Source: Thermoplasmata archaeon
GTDB taxonomy: Archaea > Thermoplasmatota > SW-10-69-26 > JACQPN01 > JAJPHT01
Assembly (NCBI GenBank): GCA_034667685.1
Contig: JAXDQU010000023.1
Location: 1 to 35,339 of the forward strand
Direction of reading: 5' to 3'
DNA: 35,339 nucleotides
Part shown: piece after piece, positions 8,478-17,319 of the stretch
Layout: every line of letters starts with the position of its first letter
Position numbering within the stretch: position 1 is the stretch's first letter
Made by a program: the position numbers and the translations under genes
Notes under the pieces: model-generated
Database searches by the model: none
Told to the model about the DNA's origin: nothing
What the model saw: only the letters and a program-made list of their open reading frames with translations

Positions 8478-9549
8478 AATCTGCGTCGTCCTGCTCGTCG
8501 CGATTGTGGCGATCCCAGGGTGCACCTCGATCGCGCCAGAACACCATGAAACACGGGCCACCGAGGTTGCCACAGAAGCGTGTCCCATTGGCGTATTCGA
8601 CCCCGCAATCCATGCTGGCGTTGCCGGGGATGTCCTAACGGCCGAGAGGCAGGCCTTTCCTTCCTCCTCCCTTGAGCACAACAACGATTCTGATCATGAG
8701 CAGGCTCGTGCCATGCTTAGAACCGCGGAGGCTCAGATCTCCGAAGGGAACGCGTCGCTCGGGCTCGAATCACTCCGCGAGGCCTTCGCGATGACATACG
8801 CGACGTCTGAAGGGTTCCGATACATGAGCCAAACAGCAGTTCGGGAACATGCGAACTCGACATCCGAAGAGATCGCAGCCCTCCTCACCCGCTTGGCGCA
8901 GCAACGTGATGGTGACAAGACCGATACAGACCAGCTTGCGCTGGCCGAAATGCTCGCGATCGAGTCCAAGTACTACCTTCTGCACAACGTCGCGTTTGAG
9001 ATGGGGAGAAACCTCGACATACCGAACAATCGAGAAATCGTCGGTGTTGAGCTTGGGAGAATCGAGCGAAGGCTTCTGGATGCTGAGACACTTATGAATA
9101 CGACGGGGCGCAAGAATGAGTCGGCACTCTTCGTCTACACGCCTCCCGACTCGCTCCCAGAGAGCGCTAGTCCGCCCTTGTCTTCGCCGCCGGAACTTTC
9201 CTGGTTCAAGTTCCTGGGCTTCGAGCTATACCCGTGGGTTGCGCGAGAAGCCGGGAACTTGAGCTTTCCTGAAGCTCAGTTCGAGGCAGCGCTCGAAGGG
9301 CGGCTCTATGCAAGCGGAGTCCTATCAGCAGCAGGCTCTGCGCAGGCCAATTCGAGCCAGTTGATGTCGCCCACAAGCGTCCGCACGGCAGGCGATGCAT
9401 GGGATGCATCGATTCTTGCGCAGTACGCGGAGGAGTGCGGCGAGATCAGGACACCTCTGGAAGCCCGAGTCGTGTCTTCGCTTGTGGTTTCTGTTGAACA
9501 GAACGAAGAGGCGCGGTCCGCCGCGTATCACGTGGTTCTCTCGCCATGA
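8470..9549 (+). CDS. Hypothetical lipoprotein, largely helical (lower-GC segment)
   Basis: MDRICVVLLVAIVAIPGC lipobox-like signal; 8-nt overlap with the upstream gene. Confidence 0.7.
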   Translation: MDRICVVLLVAIVAIPGCTSIAPEHHETRATEVATEACPIGVFDPAIHAGVAGDVLTAERQAFPSSSLEHNNDSDHEQARAMLRTAEAQISEGNASLGLESLREAFAMTYATSEGFRYMSQTAVREHANSTSEEIAALLTRLAQQRDGDKTDTDQLALAEMLAIESKYYLLHNVAFEMGRNLDIPNNREIVGVELGRIERRLLDAETLMNTTGRKNESALFVYTPPDSLPESASPPLSSPPELSWFKFLGFELYPWVAREAGNLSFPEAQFEAALEGRLYASGVLSAAGSAQANSSQLMSPTSVRTAGDAWDASILAQYAEECGEIRTPLEARVVSSLVVSVEQNEEARSAAYHVVLSP

Positions 9550-9582
9550 ATGCGGTGGCCCGTTTCTTGCAAAGGACACGTT

Positions 9583-9948
9583 CTAGAGGACGCGCTGCCT
9601 CAGCTTGCCGAGCCGGTCGGTCAGGACGGCCTGCAGCTCGCCGCGGAACGCCTCGAGGTCGCGCAACGGGCGGCGCGCGAGCCGGTCGATGCGGCGCGCG
9701 AGCGCGGGGTCGCCCAGCGTTCGCTCGACCCACGCCGCGTAGTCGGCGCGGTGGTGCGCGACGAGGTGCCCCGTCTTGGCGCCCACGGCGTGGTGCAGGT
9801 CGGCGAGGTCGCGCGCGCTGGTCCCGTCGGCGAAGCGGAACGCCTCGTCGCCCGCGCACGGCGTCAGCGCGCGGCGCGCGACGGTCTGCAGGTTCTTCGC
9901 CATGCCCGGCAGGGTGGCGAGGGACGGCTTGGCTTTGTCGGCAGGCAT
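9583..9948 (-). CDS. DUF5752-like small protein
   Basis: Pattern F.F.DG..A.DL.DL...H...DYA.WV...LGD..LA.RI resembles this family (from recall). Confidence 0.6.
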   Translation of the reverse strand: MPADKAKPSLATLPGMAKNLQTVARRALTPCAGDEAFRFADGTSARDLADLHHAVGAKTGHLVAHHRADYAAWVERTLGDPALARRIDRLARRPLRDLEAFRGELQAVLTDRLGKLRQRVL

Positions 9949-10017
9949 GCAGGCAGGAGCGATGGCACGATCCCGGGAGCGTCGCCTTCATGCGGCGGGG
10001 TCGGGCTGCGGCTCCTG

Positions 10018-11187
10018 ATGCCAGGCGAGCAGACCACGAGCGTGCATGGCCGCGATGCGCCGAAGGCGGGCCCGCTGGTCACGCCGATCCACCAGACCTC
10101 GACCTTCGTGCTCGCGAGCGCGCAGGAGGTCGACGACGTCTACGAGGGGCGCCGCGAGGGCGACGTCTACACGCGCTACTCGAACCCCTCGACCACGAGC
10201 GTCGAGTCGCGCCTGGCCGCGCTGGAGGGGACGCAGGACGCGCTCGTCTCGGGCTCCGGCATGGCGGCCATCGCCGCGGGCGTCATGGCGTTCGTGGGCG
10301 CGGGGGGCCGCATCGTCTCCACGGGCGACCTCTACGGGGGCACGATCAACCTCTTCAGGATGCTATCAAGCCGCTTCGGCATCCGGATCGACTACGTGCC
10401 CACGGCCGACGTGGACGCGCTGCGCGCCGCGCTGCGGGAGAAGGCCGACCTCGTCTACCTGGAGACGCCCACGAACCCGACGCTCCGCCTCGCGGACCTC
10501 GCGCAGGCCGCCGAGCTGGCGCGCGCGGCGGGCGCCGTGAGCATGGTGGACAGCACGTTCGCGAGCCCGATCAACAGCCGCCCGCACGCGCTGGGGATCG
10601 ACGTCGTGATGCACAGCGCGACGAAGTACCTGGGCGGACACAGCGACATCAGCGCGGGCGCGCTCTGCGGCTCGCGCGACCACGTCGCCCGCATGCGCGG
10701 CGTCCACAAGCTGCTCGGTCCCGTCCTCGACCCGCACGCGGCGTTCCTCCTGGAGCGCGGCCTGCGGACGCTGCCGCTGCGCGTGCGCGCCGCGAACCAC
10801 AACGCGCAGACCGTGGCCGAGCACCTCGCGCGCCACCGGGCCGTCCGGCGCGTCCACTACCCGGGGCTCCCGTCGCACCCGCAGCACGCGCTCGCGCGCC
10901 GCCAGATGCCCGGCGGGCACGGCGGCCTGCTATCATTCGACCTGGCGAGCTTCGAGGACGCGAAGACGTTCCTCGACGGCCTGCGCGTCGTGCGCAATGC
11001 CGCGAGCCTCGGCGGCGTCGAGAGCCTGTGCAGCCTGCCGCTCCAGCAGAGCCACCGCAACCAGCCCCAGGAGGTCCTCGACCGCGCGGGCATCGTGCCG
11101 GGCACGGTGCGCCTCGCGCTTGGCATCGAGGACGCCGCGGACCTCGTCGCGGACGTCGACGCGGCGCTTGCCAAGGTGAAGAAGTGA
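10018..11187 (+). CDS. Cys/Met metabolism PLP-dependent enzyme (cystathionine gamma-lyase/synthase or methionine gamma-lyase family)
   Basis: PIHQTSTF, YTRYSNP, SGMAAI, ETPTNPTL, DSTFASP, HSATKYLGGHSD (PLP lysine), SLGGVESL. Confidence 0.93.
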   Translation: MPGEQTTSVHGRDAPKAGPLVTPIHQTSTFVLASAQEVDDVYEGRREGDVYTRYSNPSTTSVESRLAALEGTQDALVSGSGMAAIAAGVMAFVGAGGRIVSTGDLYGGTINLFRMLSSRFGIRIDYVPTADVDALRAALREKADLVYLETPTNPTLRLADLAQAAELARAAGAVSMVDSTFASPINSRPHALGIDVVMHSATKYLGGHSDISAGALCGSRDHVARMRGVHKLLGPVLDPHAAFLLERGLRTLPLRVRAANHNAQTVAEHLARHRAVRRVHYPGLPSHPQHALARRQMPGGHGGLLSFDLASFEDAKTFLDGLRVVRNAASLGGVESLCSLPLQQSHRNQPQEVLDRAGIVPGTVRLALGIEDAADLVADVDAALAKVKK

Positions 11188-11843
11188 GCTTCTGCGCGCG
11201 CTGCGGCGCCCCGCTCGCGCCGGGCGTCTCGTTCTGCACCTCCTGCGGCGCGCTGGCGAGCGCCCCGGCCTCCGTCGCGCCCGCCTGGGTCCAGCCCGTG
11301 GAGCCGCGCGGCCCGCGCCCGGTGGGCCGCACGCTGGAGCCGTGGCTCGTGCCGCTCCTCGTCTTCATCACGCTGGGCATCTACGCGCTCGTCTGGCTCT
11401 GGCGCGTCTCGCAGGAGGTCGACGCCTTCACCGGCCGGCCCGAGCGCGCGCATCCGCGGGTCCGCACCGGCGTCTGGCTCGCCGTCGCGGCCGCCGTCGC
11501 GCTCGTCCTCGCGCTCGTCGTGCTCGTGCCCGTCGCCGTGCGGAACGCGGGCGCCGACACGCTCGCGCCCGACGACGAGGCGGCCACCGCGCTGGGCGGG
11601 CTCGTGATCCTCGCGGGCGGCGCCATCGGCCTCGCCGCGGCCATCTTCCTCCTCGTGGGGGGCTGGCGCGTCTGGGAGGCGATCCGCGAGGACGAGCGCC
11701 GGCGCGGCGTCGTCTCCGCCCTCAGCCCCGGCCTCATGCTGGCGTTCCTGCTGATCCCGTACGTGAACCTCGTCACGTCCTGGATCGTCTACTGGCGCAC
11801 GCAGAAGGGGTTGAACGGCATGTGGGCGGCGCAGACCGGATAA
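11184..11843 (+). CDS. Zinc-ribbon plus DUF4234-like membrane protein
   Basis: GTGA overlap with the upstream stop; FCARCG..FCTSCG double zinc ribbon; ITLGIY..W motif; TM helices; Q.GLN.W tail. Confidence 0.8.
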   Translation: MSFCARCGAPLAPGVSFCTSCGALASAPASVAPAWVQPVEPRGPRPVGRTLEPWLVPLLVFITLGIYALVWLWRVSQEVDAFTGRPERAHPRVRTGVWLAVAAAVALVLALVVLVPVAVRNAGADTLAPDDEAATALGGLVILAGGAIGLAAAIFLLVGGWRVWEAIREDERRRGVVSALSPGLMLAFLLIPYVNLVTSWIVYWRTQKGLNGMWAAQTG

Positions 11844-11916
11844 CAGCCAACGGAGTTCACGCGAAGGTTCTACGAAAATAACGACCTCTCGCGCGCCCTT
11901 GTGGGCCGCGAGACCC

Positions 11917-12672
11917 ATGCACCTCCGGGCGCTGTCGACGATCACGATCCTTCTTGTCACGACGGTTGCGCTTGCGGAAGCGCAAGCGAGGGTGACTGCC
12001 GCAGCCGAGGACGTGCCCTCCATCTCGGACGCGCTTGTTCCCGACCCGACGACGGAAACCTGCCACGGCGCGACGACCATCTTCGTTCCCTCGGGTCCCG
12101 ACGTGAGGGAAGCTTCTGTGTCGGTCCGGCACGTCGGCTGCGTGGGCGTTGTCGAGAGCGTCACCTACGTCCTCGACAATGGCACCGTGGTCCACTCGCG
12201 GCAACCGCCGTCCCCTGACAACCACCCCAACGCTCCAGCCGGGGGATCGGGCAACGTCAAGACTCCGTGCGATCCCGTGGGGCGGGCGGGGCAGGTCATC
12301 GGCGTCTTGACGTTCAACACTGCGGGAGGAAGCACGACCTACACCGACGAGACGATGAACTTCGAATGGAACTCCTGCGACTCCAGCATGTCCGGGAACT
12401 GGGTAACCACCCAGTGTAGCTGGTACGGCTCATTCCAGTGCGACCGCGCATATGGAAGCGCCTGGGGCCAGCATGACGGGAGCCCCATCAACTCCTGGGG
12501 CTATGCGGACTTCCATTCCTTCATCCCACCCGCGGACGCCCACACGGATTTCGTGAGCACGGCCGCTTGGCATGCAGGACAATCGTGGTACGCAGGGGTC
12601 TATTGCAGCCAGTCCGGCGACCTGCCGTGGGATTACTGGACGGATTGCAGCGCTTACACTTCGAACCCCTGA
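11917..12672 (+). CDS. Secreted hypothetical protein with Trp/Cys/Gly/Ser-rich C-terminal domain
   Basis: Signal peptide MHLRALSTITILLVTTVALAEAQA; Pro-rich linker; C-terminal domain with 6 Cys and many Trp; somewhat lower GC than neighbours. Confidence 0.75.
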   Translation: MHLRALSTITILLVTTVALAEAQARVTAAAEDVPSISDALVPDPTTETCHGATTIFVPSGPDVREASVSVRHVGCVGVVESVTYVLDNGTVVHSRQPPSPDNHPNAPAGGSGNVKTPCDPVGRAGQVIGVLTFNTAGGSTTYTDETMNFEWNSCDSSMSGNWVTTQCSWYGSFQCDRAYGSAWGQHDGSPINSWGYADFHSFIPPADAHTDFVSTAAWHAGQSWYAGVYCSQSGDLPWDYWTDCSAYTSNP

Positions 12673-12719
12673 CACAATCCACCACCATAACAGGCTTGAA
12701 CCCTGGGCGCCTTCCTCGG

Positions 12720-13211
12720 ATGACGACCATGCCAAGAGACCGGACCGTCGGGAGGGTCGTTGGGCACCTGGGGGCGGTCGTGGCGGTCTTGGCGGGCGCG
12801 ATCCTCGCCTATCAAGCGCTCATGCGGGAGCGGATCGGCGGAAGCCGGAGCGATATGATCTCCGGAGCGGGCCCGCCGACCTACGGCCAATCCGGCCCCT
12901 CGCTCCTGGCCCCCTTCTGGCTCTCCTTCATCCCCGCGGCGTTGTTCCTGGCGGTCGGCACCGCGTCCGCGCTCGTGGCCCACCGGACCGATTCGCCCCG
13001 GTTCTGGACGTGGCGCGTCATCCTTCTCCTCGTCGGTGGCGCGCTTGCCGGGTCGGCCCTCGTGGCTGCGCCGACCGGCTGGCTCTGGCCCTACGACACG
13101 CTCCTGCTGGTCGTCGGGCTCGCCCTGTACGTTCCCGCGCTCGTGCCGCTCGTCACCGGGCGCTTCTCCGGGGGCGACGACGGAACCGCCGCCCTGGGGT
13201 CCCGGAGCTGA
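12720..13211 (+). CDS. Hypothetical membrane protein (~4 TM)
   Basis: Four hydrophobic segments; ATG at 12720. Confidence 0.7.
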   Translation: MTTMPRDRTVGRVVGHLGAVVAVLAGAILAYQALMRERIGGSRSDMISGAGPPTYGQSGPSLLAPFWLSFIPAALFLAVGTASALVAHRTDSPRFWTWRVILLLVGGALAGSALVAAPTGWLWPYDTLLLVVGLALYVPALVPLVTGRFSGGDDGTAALGSRS

Positions 13212-13259
13212 GCCCCGCCGAGGGAGCCCTTAAATCCCAGGGCGGTGGAGATGGCCCGC

Positions 13260-13772
13260 ATGATGGTCACGAGCCACCTGCTTGCCGCGCTGCTGCTGGG
13301 GCTCGTCCTGACGCAGTGGCGCCGGCTCACGCCGCGCGACTGGGCGCTCGCCCTGGGCTTCGGCGTGGCGATCGACCTGGACCACCTGCTCCAGCTGCGC
13401 AGCTACGTCCTTGCGCACGGCGGCCTCTCGGCGAGCCTGCGCGGCGCGACGATCGTCCACTGGGGCGCCTCGTGGCAGGGCTTCATGCACACGCCGCTCG
13501 CGCTGATCCTCGTCGTGCCCGCGGTGTTCGTCTTCCGCAGCCTCGTCCCCGCGATCTTCTGGGGCCTGCACATGTTCCAGGACTTCGTGATCGCGCGCCA
13601 CTACGTCGTCTTCGGGAGCCCCACCGAGATGGCGATCGACGTCGCGCTCCTCGGGCTGGTCATCGCGGGCTTCTGGCTCGACCGCCGGCGCCAAGGCTCG
13701 GCGGATCCGCTGCTCTGGCACGCCGCGGCGCAGTTCGGCGCGAAGCCGCCCAAGGCTCAGCCAAGCGAGTAG
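13260..13772 (+). CDS. Membrane-bound metal-dependent hydrolase (YdjM-like)
   Basis: SH..., DLDH, FMHTP and LHMFQD His/Asp motifs in TM context; CTTAAAT box ~25 nt upstream; start may be 13251. Confidence 0.75.
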   Translation: MMVTSHLLAALLLGLVLTQWRRLTPRDWALALGFGVAIDLDHLLQLRSYVLAHGGLSASLRGATIVHWGASWQGFMHTPLALILVVPAVFVFRSLVPAIFWGLHMFQDFVIARHYVVFGSPTEMAIDVALLGLVIAGFWLDRRRQGSADPLLWHAAAQFGAKPPKAQPSE

Positions 13773-14851
13773 GTCAACGCGCGGCAGTAGGTGCTCCCGT
13801 ACGCGAGCCCGCGCGCCTCGACGGGCCGCGGATCGTACTGCTCGAATCGCCGGTCGCCCACGAGAAGGACCGCCGTCGCGGGGCGCCACTCCGCGAGCTT
13901 CGCGCGCAGCATCGCGCCGACGCGGTCGCTCCCCTGCCGGCTCTCGACGCGCAGCCCCCAGGGCGGGTTCGCGACCACCGTCGAGAGCCCCTCGGGCCGC
14001 GCGAGGTCCGCCACGTCGCCCTCGCGCCATGCGATGCGCGCCGCCGCCCGCGCGCCGTTCTGCCGCGCGCCGTTCAGGTGCCTCGCGTTCCGCTCGTGGC
14101 CCACGATCGGCGGGCCTTCGTCCAGCGCCTCGCAAGCGAGCGCATCGCGCGCCGATTGATACCGTTCTTCGTCGTGGAGCCGCAGCCGCGCGAAGGCCCA
14201 GTCCTGCCGCGCGAGGTTCACGGCCCGGCGCCGCGCGCGGAAGTCCGCCTCGATGGGAATCGTGCCCGAGCCGCACGTGGGATCGAGCAGGAGGCCGCCT
14301 TGCTCCAGCCAGCCCGACCAGGCCACCAGCGCGCTCGCGATGCACGCGTTGAGCGTGGCCGGATGCTGGTAGACGCGCCACGGCCGCTCGTGGAGCGACG
14401 CGCCGCTCGCGTTCACCGCCACGAACGCGTGCGCCCCGCGGACCTCGACGTGCACCTCCACGTCGGGCCGGTTGAGCCGCACGCGCGCGCCGGTGGCCTG
14501 CTGGATCGCGGCGCCCGCCGCGCGCTTGACGTCCTGGCTCGTCCACGCGTGCTCGCCCACGCGCAGGCACTCCACCGCGAACGAGAGGTCGGGCGCGAAC
14601 ACGCGCGTCCAGTCGACCTCGCGCGCCAGCCGCGCCACGTCCTCGGGCGCGTGGACCTCGCCCTCCGCGAGCACGAGATGGACGCGCGTCGCGGTGGGGT
14701 GCGCGAGGTTGAGCGCGTAGAGCAGGTCAGCATCGCCCTCGACGAGCGCGCGGCCCACGAGCGGCTCGGCCGACTTCGCGCCGAGGGCGAGCGCGTCCTG
14801 CGCGACGACCTGCTCCAGGCCTTCGTGGCAGGGGAGGAGGAAGCGGGTCAG
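13757..14851 (-). CDS. THUMP-domain tRNA guanine-N2 methyltransferase (Trm14/TrmN-like)
   Basis: THUMP region (V.L.RPD), SGASLHERPWR, LLDPTCGSGTIPIEA, VVANPPWG. The family-like N-terminus (LTRFLLPCHEGLE) extends to a CTG at 14851; first canonical start is GTG 14758. Confidence 0.88.
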   Translation of the reverse strand: MTRFLLPCHEGLEQVVAQDALALGAKSAEPLVGRALVEGDADLLYALNLAHPTATRVHLVLAEGEVHAPEDVARLAREVDWTRVFAPDLSFAVECLRVGEHAWTSQDVKRAAGAAIQQATGARVRLNRPDVEVHVEVRGAHAFVAVNASGASLHERPWRVYQHPATLNACIASALVAWSGWLEQGGLLLDPTCGSGTIPIEADFRARRRAVNLARQDWAFARLRLHDEERYQSARDALACEALDEGPPIVGHERNARHLNGARQNGARAAARIAWREGDVADLARPEGLSTVVANPPWGLRVESRQGSDRVGAMLRAKLAEWRPATAVLLVGDRRFEQYDPRPVEARGLAYGSTYCRALTYSLG

Positions 14852-16039
14852 CTACGCCCCGCCTCTGAGGATCTCCACCAGCTTCTCCTCCAGCACGCGC
14901 GCGGGGATGTCGGGGAGCGAGATCAGCGTCGTCGTGCCCACGACGCCCTTGCCGCTGCGCTTGGTGTGGATGAATCCCAGCGAGTCGAGGTCCTTGAGGA
15001 AGGTCCAGAACTGCGTGTGGGCGCGCGCCTTCTCGCCGAGCTCCTCGCAGGCCAATTGATAGCGCTCTTCGGCCTCTCCCGTCGTCGCGAACGCGCCCCC
15101 CTTCTTGAGGACGCGCGCGATGCCCAGGAGCGCGATGGCCTTGTGCTTCTCCAATTCCATGAGCTTCGTCTCGGTGACGAAGGGGTGGCTCTCCGCGGCG
15201 GCGGCGCGGATGTCCTCCGGGTCGACGTGGTCGCGGCCCACGTCCTCGGCGAGCTGGCCCGACTTCTGGAGCAATTCGATCGCGTAGCGCGCGTCGCCGT
15301 AGGGCGCGGCCGTGTCCGCCGCCAACTCCTCCAGCTCCTCGGGGAAGGCGTGTTTGTGGAAGGCGAGGTCGACGCGCTGGTGGATGATGCCCTTGAGCTG
15401 GTCCGCGTCGTAGCGCTCCAATTGCAGCGTGCCGGTGCGCTTGAAGGTGGACTGCGCGGCCTCGTCGAGCAGCGTGCGCGCGTCCTGCTGGCTGACCATG
15501 ATGAGGCTCACGCTGAACTTCGCCTTGCCGCTCTCCTCGTTGAAGCGGGTGAGGTTGTAGATCAGGTCGGAGCCGCTCTTCTTGAGGAGGATGTCCACCT
15601 CGTCGAGGATCACGATGAGGTGCGCCTCGGCGCGCTCCAGGCGCTTCTTGAGGATCTCCAGCATCTCGGCGTTGCTGAAGCCGCGGTCGGGGAAGCGCTC
15701 GTCGAAGTGCGTGAGGATCTTCAGCAGCGCGGCGCCTTCCGTGCTGCGGCGGCGGCAGTTGACGTCGGTGAACTCGATGTTGACGTTCTGCGCGCGCGCG
15801 ACGGACTTCAGGTCGCGGCAGAAGGCGCGGGAGAGCGCGGTCTTGCCGCTGCCCACGGGGCCCGTGATGAGGACGTGCTGCGCGGCGCCGCCCTGCAGCA
15901 AGGGCCGGAACTGCCGGGCGAGCTTCGCGATCTCCTCCTCGCGGCCCGGGAGCCGCTCGGGGACGTAATCGTAGGAGAGCTTGCCGGCGTCCTTGAAGAG
16001 CGACGGCCCCTCCATCTCGCCCGCGATGATGTCGCGCAT
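14852..16039 (-). CDS. cdc6: Orc1/Cdc6 family replication initiation protein
   Basis: LSYDYVPERLPGRE, Walker A GPVGSGKT, VNC, Walker B VILDEVD, GDARYAIELL, C-terminal winged helix. Confidence 0.95.
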   Translation of the reverse strand: MRDIIAGEMEGPSLFKDAGKLSYDYVPERLPGREEEIAKLARQFRPLLQGGAAQHVLITGPVGSGKTALSRAFCRDLKSVARAQNVNIEFTDVNCRRRSTEGAALLKILTHFDERFPDRGFSNAEMLEILKKRLERAEAHLIVILDEVDILLKKSGSDLIYNLTRFNEESGKAKFSVSLIMVSQQDARTLLDEAAQSTFKRTGTLQLERYDADQLKGIIHQRVDLAFHKHAFPEELEELAADTAAPYGDARYAIELLQKSGQLAEDVGRDHVDPEDIRAAAAESHPFVTETKLMELEKHKAIALLGIARVLKKGGAFATTGEAEERYQLACEELGEKARAHTQFWTFLKDLDSLGFIHTKRSGKGVVGTTTLISLPDIPARVLEEKLVEILRGGA

Positions 16040-16111
16040 GCTGCCTCGCAAGCGGCAGCGCCGGAAGAAGGTTTCGTAGTTTCGGCGCACGTGGGACGAA
16101 AGTTGGCGGCC

Positions 16112-17296
16112 TCAGGCGCGGCGGCCCCGCGCGAGCAGCGCCGCCAACGCCAGGACGCCCAGGCCCAGCGCGAGGCCCGGGCCGGGCACGACGTAGGTCC
16201 CCGTCTTGAGGTCCTTGAGGACGATCGGGGGCAGGTCGCCGTTGGCGTTGTCGATCGTGAGCGTGTCGCCGGCCGAGACCTTGCCGTCGTGGTCGTTGTC
16301 CGCGAACGCCAGCGTGAGGCCGTCCTGCGTCTTCGGGCTCTGGTCGAGCGTCATGCTCCACGCCGTCGTCATCGTCGGGTAGTCCGGGAACGAGAAGCCG
16401 GCCGGGCCCGACGAGGAGTCCGAGGGCTGCTTGACCTCGATCGAGACGTCGGAGAGCGAGCGCACGGGGGCGCCCTTGAACGTCCAGACCTGGTGCGAGG
16501 TGTTCGTGGCGCCGCTCTTCTCGTAGAGGAGGCCCAGCGCGTCCTTGGCCGCCGCGGGGATCGCGGGCACCTGGCTGTCGTAGAGGAAGTCCGCGCGCAC
16601 GGAGGCGCCGGACGTGGGGTCGGCCTGCGCGTTGGCCCGGGTGGGCATCGTCGTCTCCAGGTGGCAGAGGCGCGGGGGCTGCGTCGTGAGCAGGTCGGCC
16701 ACGGCCACGTTGGACTGGCTCTGCACCGTGTGGTTGAACGTGACGCGCACGGCGGACTGGCCCGCGCAGGTCGTGGGCTCGACGCTCTGCACCTTCACCT
16801 GGTCGCCTTCGAGGTACGCGAGCGCGGAGCCGCCCGAGAGGAACGGCGCGAGGCCGCTGCCGCGCGCCTGGTTGAGCAGGAGCGACGACTGGCCCGACGC
16901 GTTCTCCGGGGGCAGGACGAGCGAGGTCGAGGGGCCCGAGGCGACGATGCCGTTGGGGCCCTTGTAGACCGTGAGCGACGAGAAGGGGAGCGACCCGGTG
17001 GGCGAGAGGCGGCCCACGAGACCGCCGCCGACCTCGAGGTAGGCCTCCTTCGTGTCGTTGAGGTACGTCGCGTTGGAGGTGGCCACGAGGTCCGTGCCCT
17101 TCCAGAACTGGATGGCGACGTGGAACCGGTCGGGGGGCGACTGGAGGGCGCTCGCGAGCATCGCCTGCGCCGAATCCGCGGTGAGCGTGGAGCCGGGAGG
17201 CGTCTGCGAGCCGGGCGTGCCACCGTTGTTGCCCGTGCAGCCCGCGAGGAGGATGGCCCCCGCCACGAGGGCGAGGAGAAGGGAGCGCGACATCAT
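16112..17296 (-). CDS. Surface lipoprotein with C-terminal PGF-CTERM-like sorting signal
   Basis: LLAGC lipobox; DNDHDGKVSAGD Ca-binding-like loop; C-terminus VPGPG + TM + RGRRA. Confidence 0.8.
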   Translation of the reverse strand: MMSRSLLLALVAGAILLAGCTGNNGGTPGSQTPPGSTLTADSAQAMLASALQSPPDRFHVAIQFWKGTDLVATSNATYLNDTKEAYLEVGGGLVGRLSPTGSLPFSSLTVYKGPNGIVASGPSTSLVLPPENASGQSSLLLNQARGSGLAPFLSGGSALAYLEGDQVKVQSVEPTTCAGQSAVRVTFNHTVQSQSNVAVADLLTTQPPRLCHLETTMPTRANAQADPTSGASVRADFLYDSQVPAIPAAAKDALGLLYEKSGATNTSHQVWTFKGAPVRSLSDVSIEVKQPSDSSSGPAGFSFPDYPTMTTAWSMTLDQSPKTQDGLTLAFADNDHDGKVSAGDTLTIDNANGDLPPIVLKDLKTGTYVVPGPGLALGLGVLALAALLARGRRA

Positions 17297-17319
17297 CCGC
17301 ACCAGGGGCGAGTTCGGTT

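Noticed and set aside
7050-9549. Integrated mobile element or provirus
   Set aside because: No integrase, transposase, terminal repeats or att duplication recognised; only a compositional shift.
16040-16111. Replication origin next to cdc6
   Set aside because: Upstream spacer is only ~70 nt, with no recognisable ORB repeats or AT-rich unwinding element; downstream there is no spacer.
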